A stretch of 64,000 bases of DNA. Source: Candidatus Omnitrophota bacterium (GTDB lineage Bacteria; Omnitrophota; Gorgyraeia; B26-G9). Under the pieces are notes generated by a model that did not search any database, was not told the origin of the DNA, and saw only the letters and a program-made list of their open reading frames with translations. The translations under genes were made by a program, and so were the position numbers. Shown in pieces: positions 1 to 8,057 of this stretch; the first letter of the stretch is position 1, and each line of letters starts with the position of its first letter. The DNA is taken from positions 4,400 to 68,399 of the forward strand of contig JAHITE010000097.1 in NCBI GenBank assembly GCA_018817585.1, given 5' to 3'.

Positions 1-1
1 A

Positions 2-316
2 AAATCGGCTTTAATGGGCATTGCTTATAATGTTCCGGATAACGCGGTTTGTGTTGAATGTAAACTAAATGAAAATGAATGCATGTATGATAAGGGAATT
101 GCTTGTATGGGGCCGGTTACACGCGCTGGATGCAATTCTTGGTGTATTAATAATGGGAATATTTGTTACGGCTGTCGGGGAATTGTTAGCAATCCCGCGG
201 AAAAGGGCCAGAAGGATATTATGGAAAAATATAATATTTCTTTGGAATGGATAGAAAATAAAATAAACATGTACAACAAGCCGCGTGAGTTAGGGGAGTT
301 GAAAACTAATGAGTAA
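2..316 (+). CDS. [NiFe]-hydrogenase small subunit, C-terminal part (5' end lies upstream of the window)
   Basis: The reading frame is open to position 2 with no upstream stop. A Cys-rich tail (CVECK...CMYDKGIACMGP...CNSWC...CYGC) resembles the distal Fe-S cluster ligands of group 3 small subunits. It overlaps the start of the large-subunit gene by 8 nt. Confidence 0.6.
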   Translation, partial: KSALMGIAYNVPDNAVCVECKLNENECMYDKGIACMGPVTRAGCNSWCINNGNICYGCRGIVSNPAEKGQKDIMEKYNISLEWIENKINMYNKPRELGELKTNE

Positions 317-1634
317 AAATGTAAAAGTAAATGTTGAGTATCTGACCCGGGTAGAAGGTCATGGAAATATTGTGGTAAATGTTAAAAACGGCAAATTGGA
401 AGAATGCCGCTTGGATATCGTCGAGTCACCACGATTTTTTGAAGGTATGCTCAGAGGACGTTCTATCTTCGAAGCCCAGCATATTACCAGCCGAATTTGC
501 GGAATTTGCGCTTGCGGACATACTTTAGCCTCAATTCAGGCGGCTGAGGACGCGATTGGGTTTCAACCAACAGAGCAGACAATTAAACTGCGAAAACTGC
601 TATTACATTTGGAAAATCTGGATAGTCATATTTTGCATATATATCTTTTGGTTGCTCCAGATCTTTTAGGAGTAAAAAGTTTTGTGCCGTTAATTCATAC
701 TCATAATGATGTTGTTAGAAGAGCCTTGCGTATGAAAAAAGCATGTAATGATGTGTGTGATATTTTAGTGGGCAGGCATGTGCATCCGATTTCGGCAATT
801 GTTGGCGGATTCACTAAGCTGCCAAAAGAAAAAGAACTGGATGCCATGCTGGAAATATTAGAAAGCATTCAGGTTGATATGGCTCCGACTATTGAGCTGG
901 GAGCAAGTCTTAAATTTCCGGAATTTCAAAGGGAAACCGAATATGTGGGCTTGGTAAATGATACAGATGAGTATCCGCTTTTACAGGGAGATATTGGCTC
1001 AACTGATGGTTTGCGCATGGATAAGCATGATTATAAAAAGATTACCAATGAGTTTATTGTACCGCATTCTTCGGCAAAGCATACCAAAGCCAGTCGTGAT
1101 TCGTATATGGTTGGGGCTTTAGCTCGAGTGAATCTTAATTTTGAAAAACTCCATCCTAAAGCAAAAAAAGTAGCGAATGCAATTGGTTTAAAACCAATAA
1201 CGGCTAATCCGTTTTTAAATACAGCGGCTCAGCTTATTGAATGTATTCATAGCTTGGAAGATTCAATTAAAATCCTTAAAGAATTTAAAAATGAGGGGAT
1301 TGATTATGCCCAGGCAATTACAGTTGGTTTAAATGAAAATGGCCAGATACCGGTTAAGGCCGGAAAAGGCGTGGGCGCGGTAGAAGTTCCCCGCGGAATA
1401 CTGTTTCATGAATATGAAGTGGATAATAAAGGTAAAATTATAAATGCTAACTGTATTATTCCTACCGGGCAGAATTTAAATAATATTGAATATGATATGA
1501 AAAAACTTGTTCCGGAAGTTTTGGATAAAAAACAAGATGAAATAACTTTGCTCATGGAAATGCTGGTTCGGGCGTATGATCCTTGTATTTCCTGTTCAGC
1601 ACATTTTCTTGATGTTAAATACATTGACTGCTGA
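309..1634 (+). CDS. [NiFe]-hydrogenase large subunit (cytoplasmic group-3-like)
   Basis: N-terminal RICGICACGH (RxCGxCxxxH) and C-terminal DPCISCSAH (DPCxxCxxH) Ni-Fe ligand motifs. A 9-aa extension after the His (FLDVKYIDC) is typical of a protease-processed precursor. The 441 aa size fits group 3. Confidence 0.85.
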   Translation: MSKNVKVNVEYLTRVEGHGNIVVNVKNGKLEECRLDIVESPRFFEGMLRGRSIFEAQHITSRICGICACGHTLASIQAAEDAIGFQPTEQTIKLRKLLLHLENLDSHILHIYLLVAPDLLGVKSFVPLIHTHNDVVRRALRMKKACNDVCDILVGRHVHPISAIVGGFTKLPKEKELDAMLEILESIQVDMAPTIELGASLKFPEFQRETEYVGLVNDTDEYPLLQGDIGSTDGLRMDKHDYKKITNEFIVPHSSAKHTKASRDSYMVGALARVNLNFEKLHPKAKKVANAIGLKPITANPFLNTAAQLIECIHSLEDSIKILKEFKNEGIDYAQAITVGLNENGQIPVKAGKGVGAVEVPRGILFHEYEVDNKGKIINANCIIPTGQNLNNIEYDMKKLVPEVLDKKQDEITLLMEMLVRAYDPCISCSAHFLDVKYIDC

Positions 1635-2094
1635 TATTCTTGAATTATTAAAGATTAATCCCGACAGTGACCTGATTGTTGCTGTCGGGAATTCTTTTAG
1701 GACAGATGATGGAGTCGGGCCTTATATCGCGCAGGGGCTTGAACAAATAAAAGGCTTAAAGCTGATAAACGCGGGTTATAATCCGGAAAATATTATCGAA
1801 GATGTTATTAAGCTCGCGCCGCAAAAAATATTGATTATCGATGCTGCTGATTTTAGAGGCAATTTCGGGCAAGCGCGGATAATTCCGGAAGATAAAATTC
1901 CCCAGACAACTTTGAGTACTCACGCTATTCCCTTGAATGTTATTAGCGGGGTAATCAGTCAAAGCATAAAAACAGCAATATATTTTATTGGCATTCAGCC
2001 TGAATCAGTTTGTTTGGGCGAAGGGCTCTCAGCAGAAGTTAAAAAAACCGCGGACCAAATTATTGAAATTATAAAAAAAAGTTTGCTAAAATAA
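1612..2094 (+). CDS. hydrogenase maturation endopeptidase (HycI/HoxW family)
   Basis: LIVAVGNSFRTDDGVGPY matches the GN..(L/R).DDG motif of Ni-dependent C-terminal endopeptidases. It lies immediately after the large subunit. Start is uncertain (ATG 1612 or 1576, or TTG 1624). Confidence 0.7.
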   Translation: MLNTLTADILELLKINPDSDLIVAVGNSFRTDDGVGPYIAQGLEQIKGLKLINAGYNPENIIEDVIKLAPQKILIIDAADFRGNFGQARIIPEDKIPQTTLSTHAIPLNVISGVISQSIKTAIYFIGIQPESVCLGEGLSAEVKKTADQIIEIIKKSLLK

Positions 2095-2119
2095 AACTGT
2101 AGTCCAAGCGGAGGCTTTT

Positions 2120-2362
2120 ATGCATGAAATGCATGTGATCAAAAATCTTTTTCAGGATTTGCTGAAATTGGCAGATGAAAACAATACGCGGAAAATAACA
2201 AATGTTTATCTGAAAATGGGGCTGTTTACTGAGATAAATCCCGAGATATTAACTTATTTTTTTAAAGAACAGGGCAAAGGTACTCCATTGGAATCAGCAA
2301 AACTGCATTTTGCGGATTCTGATATGCGCGAATTGAAACTTGTTTCTTTTGATTGCGAATAA
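2120..2362 (+). CDS. hypA: HypA-like hydrogenase nickel-insertion protein, N-terminal domain only (Zn-ribbon missing)
   Basis: It starts MHEMH (the MHE Ni-binding motif) and aligns colinearly with E. coli HypA until ...FDCE, where the first CxxC pair of the Zn site should begin. A stop follows, then 62 nt of non-coding sequence before hldD. No zinc ribbon is found in any frame. Confidence 0.6.
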   Translation: MHEMHVIKNLFQDLLKLADENNTRKITNVYLKMGLFTEINPEILTYFFKEQGKGTPLESAKLHFADSDMRELKLVSFDCE

Positions 2363-2423
2363 ACCGTTTTTTGCTATAATAAGATACGGGTAAATAAAGA
2401 TAATAAATTAACAGGGAGTTGGG

Positions 2424-3383
2424 ATGATTATTTTAACTGGCGGAGCAGGATTTATTGGTAGCGGATTTCTTTGGAAATTAAACAGTCAGGGAATTGATGA
2501 TATTATTGTTGTTGATGAGCTTGATCAGACTGAAAAATGGAAAAATCTGGTTGGTAAAAGGTTTGCTGATTATATTCAAAAAGATGAGTTTTTAAGACTG
2601 GTAGTTGAAGATAAACTGCCTGTTCCGACAAAAGTCATACACATGGGGGCATGCAGTTCAACTACTTGTAAAGACGGAGCTTATTTTATTCAGAACAATT
2701 ATGAATATTCGAAAATTTTGGCGCAGTGGGCTTTTTTGCATAAAGCTTCTTTTATCTATGCATCTTCCGCGGCGACATATGGCGACGGAGCTTGCGGTTA
2801 TGAAGATAAACAAGATATTAATCTGCTTAAACCGCTGAATATGTATGGCTATTCAAAACAGATGTTTGATCTTTGGATGCAGAACAATGGATTTGCTAAA
2901 AAAGCTCAGGCAATTAAATTTTTTAATGTTTTTGGGCCAAATGAATATCATAAAGATGATATGAGCAGTGTTGTTTGTAAAAAGTTTAATGAAGTAAAAG
3001 ATAAGGGCAGTATTAGTTTATTCAAATCTTACCATAAGGATTATAAAGATGGTCAGCAACAAAGAGATTTTATATATATAAAAGACGCGGTAGAAGTCAT
3101 GTTTTGGCTGTTTAATAATCCTCAAGCAGCTGGGATTTTTAATTTGGGAGCAGGTAAGGCTCAGACCTGGAATGATCTGGCCAATGCCATGTTTAAAGCT
3201 TTGGGAAAGGCTCCGGTCATTGATTATATAGATATGCCGGATTATCTGCAGCCGAAATATCAGTACTATACTTGTGCCAATATGGATAAGCTTAAAGCTG
3301 CTGGTTGTGATTTTAAATTTTCCAGTTTAGATGATTCAGTGGCTGATTATGTTAAATATCTTGACAAAAACGCGTATTTGTAA
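2424..3383 (+). CDS. hldD: ADP-L-glycero-D-manno-heptose 6-epimerase
   Basis: MIILTGGAGFIGS Rossmann N-terminus and SDR-extended family features, including the YxxxK region and the ...FNVFGPNEYHK motif conserved in HldD/RfaD. Confidence 0.8.
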   Translation: MIILTGGAGFIGSGFLWKLNSQGIDDIIVVDELDQTEKWKNLVGKRFADYIQKDEFLRLVVEDKLPVPTKVIHMGACSSTTCKDGAYFIQNNYEYSKILAQWAFLHKASFIYASSAATYGDGACGYEDKQDINLLKPLNMYGYSKQMFDLWMQNNGFAKKAQAIKFFNVFGPNEYHKDDMSSVVCKKFNEVKDKGSISLFKSYHKDYKDGQQQRDFIYIKDAVEVMFWLFNNPQAAGIFNLGAGKAQTWNDLANAMFKALGKAPVIDYIDMPDYLQPKYQYYTCANMDKLKAAGCDFKFSSLDDSVADYVKYLDKNAYL

Positions 3384-3491
3384 TAAATTTTATTAAGTGT
3401 TAAGTGTAATAAATTAGTTATAGCATCCTGCGGTAAGGATTAGTTAAATCTAAAGCCAAGGGTCGGGAAAAAAGTTTTAATTTGATTATAT

Positions 3492-3527
3492 CCCAACCTT
3501 AAGGAGTATTTAAGGTTGGGTTTTTTT
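3492..3527 (+). terminator. Rho-independent terminator after hldD
   Basis: A 10-bp perfect stem (cccaacctta / taaggttggg) with a 9-nt loop, followed by TTTTTTT. Confidence 0.7.
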
Positions 3528-3542
3528 ATAAAACAGCGGTAT

Positions 3543-3618
3543 GTAGGGGCCGGTCTTGCGCCGGCCCGTGACAATGGAATGATATTAATATACGGGAGGA
3601 CGCAAGGCCCTCCCCTAC
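3543..3618. repeat. short inverted-repeat element, copy A (arms gtaggggccggtcttgcgccggcccgt / acgggaggacgcaaggccctcccctac)
   Basis: The 3' arm is a near reverse complement of the 5' arm. Related copies occur at 27469-27575 and 51632-51725, with a degenerate copy at about 9535-9653. It ends 31 nt before the ATG of the TM1266-like gene. Confidence 0.65.
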
Positions 3619-3649
3619 AATTTCTGATAAAAATAGGAGATGAATTATT

Positions 3650-3913
3650 ATGGAAAAAAGGCTTGGCTTTGTTGGAATTATTCTTGAAGATCGGAAAAAA
3701 CAGGCTGCTGCGGTTAATCAGATTCTCTCAGAATACGGCGATAATATTATCGCTCGGGTAGGCTTGCCATATAAGGAAAGAAACTGTAGTGTTATTACCT
3801 TGACTGTGGATATTACGACTGATGATTTAGGGACAATGACCGGTAGATTGGGCAATATAGCCGGAGTTTCGGTTAAATCCGCATTGAGCAAACAAAATTC
3901 ACAAAATAAATAG
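3650..3913 (+). CDS. TM1266-like small ACT/CopG-type regulator associated with [FeFe]-hydrogenase maturation genes
   Basis: An 87-aa protein with a VGIILEDR...AARVNQILSEYGD...ARVGLPY...SVITLTVD pattern typical of the iron-only hydrogenase system regulator family. AGGAG RBS. It is the first gene of the hydFGE cluster. Confidence 0.7.
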   Translation: MEKRLGFVGIILEDRKKQAAAVNQILSEYGDNIIARVGLPYKERNCSVITLTVDITTDDLGTMTGRLGNIAGVSVKSALSKQNSQNK

Positions 3914-3921
3914 AGGGATTT

Positions 3922-5310
3922 ATGGAAAACAGGATTGAAACCGATCTTTTAGGCAGTAAAGAAGTTTGTCAAGACGCATACTGGGGAATACATACGCAAA
4001 GAGCTTGGGAAAACTTTTCCATAACCGGATATAGAATAAATATTTCACTTATTCATGCTTTGGCTTTGGTAAAAAAAGCTTGTGCCATGGCCAATGCAGA
4101 GCTGGGCTATCTTGATCAGCTAAAAGCTGATTTGACTTGCCGGGCATGTGATGAGATCCATGCCGGGTTGCACAATGATCAGTTTATTGTGGATGCTTTA
4201 CAAGGCGGAGCAGGGACTTCGACAAATATGAATATTAATGAAGTTATTGCTAATATCGCGATTGAAGCAATGAATGAAAAAAAGGGGGATTATACTTTGA
4301 TTCATCCAATTGAAGATATTAATAAACATCAGTCAACAAATGATGTTTATCCCACGGCTTTGAAAATCGCGGTGATCTATAAATTGAATTTATTGAGTGA
4401 GCAGATCGCTAAAGTGCAGGGAGCGTTTCAGGTTAAAGAAAAAGAATTCGCCCGGATTATTAAAATCGCCAGGACTGAATTGCAGGATGCTGTGCCGATA
4501 ACTCTGGGGCTTGAGTTCTCGGGTTTTGCTGAGGCATTTGGCCGGGACAGATGGCGAATGTTTAAATCCCAGGAACGCATTCGCACAATCAATATCGGCG
4601 GCACAGCTGTTGGCACCGGGCTTACAGCTCCGCGCGATTATATTTTTCTAGTAATTGAAAAACTGAGAACGCTGACAAATTTGGGAATTTGCCGGGCGGA
4701 GAATCTGGTGGATAATACAGCGAATAGTGATGCTTTTGGGGAAGTATCGGGAATTATCAAAGCTCACGCGCAAAACCTGATTAAAATATCGCAAGATTTG
4801 AGAATGCTTCATTTGCTTAAAGAAATAGAATTACCGGCTGTGCAGGCTGGATCTTCGATTATGCCAGGCAAAATTAATCCGGTAATTATGGAAGCAATAA
4901 TTCAGGCAGGTTTAAAAGTAATTGCTAATGATTTTTTAATCACCGAGTCAGTAAGCAGAAGTACTTTTCAGATCAATGAATTTATGCCGCTGTTAGCTGA
5001 TTCAATCCTGGAATCTTTGGATATATTAATCAACGCGAATAAAATACTATCCAAACATGTGATGCAGATAAAGGCTGATGAAAAAGTATGCGGCGAATAC
5101 TTAAATAAAAGTTTTGGTTTAATAACCGCGTTTCTCCCTTATCTGGGATATGAAAAAGCCACAGAATTAGTTCAGGAGTTTATCCGGCTTAAAGAAAAGA
5201 GCGATATATGTTTAAGCGATTTTTTACAAGATAAACTAGGCAAGGATTTAGTATCCAAAGTGCTGGATCCGGATAATATTATATCATTGGGGTATAAGCA
5301 AAATGAATAA
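3922..5310 (+). CDS. aspartate ammonia-lyase / fumarase-superfamily lyase, hyd-cluster associated
   Basis: Fumarate-lyase signature GSSIMPGKINPV with conserved TNMN and HPIEDIN-like regions. Size 462 aa. Translationally coupled to hydF by an 8-nt overlap. Confidence 0.8.
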   Translation: MENRIETDLLGSKEVCQDAYWGIHTQRAWENFSITGYRINISLIHALALVKKACAMANAELGYLDQLKADLTCRACDEIHAGLHNDQFIVDALQGGAGTSTNMNINEVIANIAIEAMNEKKGDYTLIHPIEDINKHQSTNDVYPTALKIAVIYKLNLLSEQIAKVQGAFQVKEKEFARIIKIARTELQDAVPITLGLEFSGFAEAFGRDRWRMFKSQERIRTINIGGTAVGTGLTAPRDYIFLVIEKLRTLTNLGICRAENLVDNTANSDAFGEVSGIIKAHAQNLIKISQDLRMLHLLKEIELPAVQAGSSIMPGKINPVIMEAIIQAGLKVIANDFLITESVSRSTFQINEFMPLLADSILESLDILINANKILSKHVMQIKADEKVCGEYLNKSFGLITAFLPYLGYEKATELVQEFIRLKEKSDICLSDFLQDKLGKDLVSKVLDPDNIISLGYKQNE

Positions 5311-6586
5311 AACACCAAAATCACTGCGTCTGCATATTGGCTTGTTTGGCAGAATGAATGTTGGTAAATCGACATTTCTTAATTATATGAGTCTGCAGGA
5401 TGTGGCGATAACTTCTCCGATTGCCGGGACAACAACTGATGTTGTGGAAAAAACAATGGAGTTATTGCCTTTAGGGCCAATTGTTTTTTTAGATACAGCG
5501 GGAATCAATGATGCCTCAGCGCTTTCAGAACAGAGACTTAAAAAAACATACGCTGTGTTTAAACGAGCGGATATCGCGGTGCTTATTGTGGAAGCCGGTA
5601 TTTGGCAGGATTATGAAATTTTAATTGTTGAAAAAGCTAAACAGGAAAATATTCCTTTGGTTGTGGTTATTAATAAAACTGATCTAAGTAATCCGGATGC
5701 TGCCTATCTGCGGCAGATTAAAGTTTTTTCGCGACAAATATTGACTTGCTCAAGCATTGATCGGGAAAATCAGGATCAGACGATTAATAGTTTTAAAAAA
5801 CTGCTGATTGATGTTTGTCCGGATGATTTTTTAAAGCCAGGAGATTTAATCAGTGATCTTGTGCCGGCAGCAGGCTGGGCGGTATTGATTGTGCCGATTG
5901 ATTTGCAAGCGCCAAAGGGGCGTTTGATTTTACCCCAGGTGCAGACAATTCGGGAAATTTTAGATAATGACGCGATCAGTATTGTGGTTAAGGAAAGAGA
6001 ATATGCCCATGTTCTGAAAAATATGGTAGCCAAGCCGGATATTGTAATTTGTGATTCTCAGGTTGTATTAAAAATGGCGGCCGATACGCCGCCAGATGTT
6101 AAATGTACTACTTTTTCAATTTTATTTTCTAGATTTAAAGGGAATTTAATAAAAGCAGCGCAGGCGGCCGCGATAATAGATACGCTTAAATCAGGCGATA
6201 AGATTTTAATTGCTGAGAGCTGTTCACATCATCCGATTGAAGATGATATTGGCCGAGTTAAAATACCGCGTTGGTTTCGGCAGTATACTGGGGCGGAAAT
6301 CATATTTAATACTTGTTGCGGCAGTGATTATCCGGAAAATCTCGCGGAGTATAAGCTAGTCATTCATTGCGGAGGATGCATGGTTAATCGGCGGGCAATG
6401 TTAAGCCGGATAGCGCAGGCTGAGCGGGCTGGCGTAGGGATTAGTAATTATGGAGTATGTATTGCCAAGCTGCAGGGAGTGCTGGAAAGAGTTTTGAGCC
6501 CTTTTCCCGCGGCGCTTGATGCTTATAAAAAAACAGAAAAATTATTAAACGGAGGAAGTAATGGAATTAAAAACCGAAGAACCTAA
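5303..6586 (+). CDS. hydF: [FeFe]-hydrogenase maturation GTPase HydF
   Basis: N-terminal GTPase G1 motif GRMNVGKST with G3/G4 NKTD motifs. C-terminal Fe-S binding region with CSHHP...HCGGC cysteines. Flanked by hydG and hydE. Confidence 0.85.
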   Translation: MNKTPKSLRLHIGLFGRMNVGKSTFLNYMSLQDVAITSPIAGTTTDVVEKTMELLPLGPIVFLDTAGINDASALSEQRLKKTYAVFKRADIAVLIVEAGIWQDYEILIVEKAKQENIPLVVVINKTDLSNPDAAYLRQIKVFSRQILTCSSIDRENQDQTINSFKKLLIDVCPDDFLKPGDLISDLVPAAGWAVLIVPIDLQAPKGRLILPQVQTIREILDNDAISIVVKEREYAHVLKNMVAKPDIVICDSQVVLKMAADTPPDVKCTTFSILFSRFKGNLIKAAQAAAIIDTLKSGDKILIAESCSHHPIEDDIGRVKIPRWFRQYTGAEIIFNTCCGSDYPENLAEYKLVIHCGGCMVNRRAMLSRIAQAERAGVGISNYGVCIAKLQGVLERVLSPFPAALDAYKKTEKLLNGGSNGIKNRRT

Positions 6587-8057
6587 AAACTGGACTAATC
6601 AACGGATAAAACAAGAGCAAATCGATAAATATTTATCTAATGGAAATAATTTTATTGATCCAGAGAATATAAATGCTTTGATTGAAAAAACAAAAAATCC
6701 AGATAAAGCAACTATTCTTAATATTCTGGAAAAGTCGATGCGGATACAGACGCTAAGCGCGCTAGATGCGGCTTGCCTTTTAAATGTTACTGATCCTGAT
6801 TTATGGGATCTTATGCGGCAAACAGCTTTAAAAGTTAAAAAGAAAGTGTATGATAATCGAATTGTTACTTTCGCGCCCTTATATTTAGGTAATGCTTGCG
6901 TAAATAATTGTCTTTATTGCGCGTTTAGAAAAGACAATCATACAAATCAAAGAAAGATACTCTCATTATCTGAGATTGAAAAAGAAGTCCGAGTGCTTTG
7001 CGGCCAAATTGGGCATAAGCGTCTTGTTGTGGTTTATGGCGAGCATCCGATCACGGATATTGATTATATGGTTGAGTCAGTTAAAACAATCTACGGCATA
7101 AGAGAAAAGACCGCTAAAGGTATTGGGCAAATAAGAAGAGTTAATGTTAATGCCGCGCCGCTTTCGATCGAAGAATTAAAACGTTTGCATGAGGTGGGGA
7201 TAGGAACCTATCAAGTTTTTCAGGAAACTTATCATCCTCAAACATATAAAAATGTGCATCCTGAGAATACACTTAAAAGTAATTATAATTGGCGGCTTTA
7301 TGCCATGCACCGAGCAATGGAAGCAGGAATTGATGATGTGGGTTTAGGGGTATTATTTGGATTGTATGATTGGAAATTTGAAATCATGGGACTGCTCAGC
7401 CATAATCGGGAATTAGAAAAAAAATTCGGAGTAGGCGCGCATACAATTTCTTTTCCGCGAATTGAACCAGCGGATAATACTCCGCTTACTGAGAATTTAG
7501 AATATAAAGTCTTAGATGAGGATTTTAAAAAAATTATTACGGTTTTAAGACTGGCAGTACCGCATACCGGGCTGATCATCACTGCCCGGGAAAATGCCGA
7601 GATCAGAAAGCAGGCTATTGCTTTAGGCATTACCCAAACCGACGCGTCTACTAAAATAGCGATTGGATCATATAGTGATAAGACTGAGAATCAGCAAGGT
7701 CAAAGACAGCAGTTTATACTCGGAGATACGCGCAGTTTGGAAGAACTGATCAATGAATATATTCAGATGGGATATATTACTTCTTTTTGCACCGCGGGAT
7801 ACCGCTGCGGCCGGACTGGGGAGTGCATCATGGATATGCTGCGCAGCGGTAAAGAAGGAAAGTTCTGCAAGCTTAACGCGGTTTTAACTTTTCAAGAATG
7901 GGTTGATGATTTTGCTACAGAGCAGACAAGGACTAAAGCAGAAGAGATAATTGCTAAAGAGATTCAGGAAATAAAGCAAACATTGCCGGATATTTTCGAG
8001 CAGTTTATGGACTATTATAATCGGGTGAAAAATGGCGAACGAGATCTATACTTTTAA
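6561..8057 (+). CDS. hydG: [FeFe]-hydrogenase maturase HydG (radical SAM, ThiH-like)
   Basis: Radical SAM CVNNCLYC motif and a C-terminal additional Cys cluster (CTAGYRCGRTGEC). Overlaps hydF by 26 nt. Confidence 0.85.
   Translation: MELKTEEPKNWTNQRIKQEQIDKYLSNGNNFIDPENINALIEKTKNPDKATILNILEKSMRIQTLSALDAACLLNVTDPDLWDLMRQTALKVKKKVYDNRIVTFAPLYLGNACVNNCLYCAFRKDNHTNQRKILSLSEIEKEVRVLCGQIGHKRLVVVYGEHPITDIDYMVESVKTIYGIREKTAKGIGQIRRVNVNAAPLSIEELKRLHEVGIGTYQVFQETYHPQTYKNVHPENTLKSNYNWRLYAMHRAMEAGIDDVGLGVLFGLYDWKFEIMGLLSHNRELEKKFGVGAHTISFPRIEPADNTPLTENLEYKVLDEDFKKIITVLRLAVPHTGLIITARENAEIRKQAIALGITQTDASTKIAIGSYSDKTENQQGQRQQFILGDTRSLEELINEYIQMGYITSFCTAGYRCGRTGECIMDMLRSGKEGKFCKLNAVLTFQEWVDDFATEQTRTKAEEIIAKEIQEIKQTLPDIFEQFMDYYNRVKNGERDLYF

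Noticed and set aside
3516-3761. 81-aa ORF spanning the hldD terminator and the inverted-repeat element
   Set aside because: It lies across a terminator hairpin and a palindromic repeat. It overlaps the well-supported TM1266-like gene in another frame. It has no RBS and a low-complexity product.
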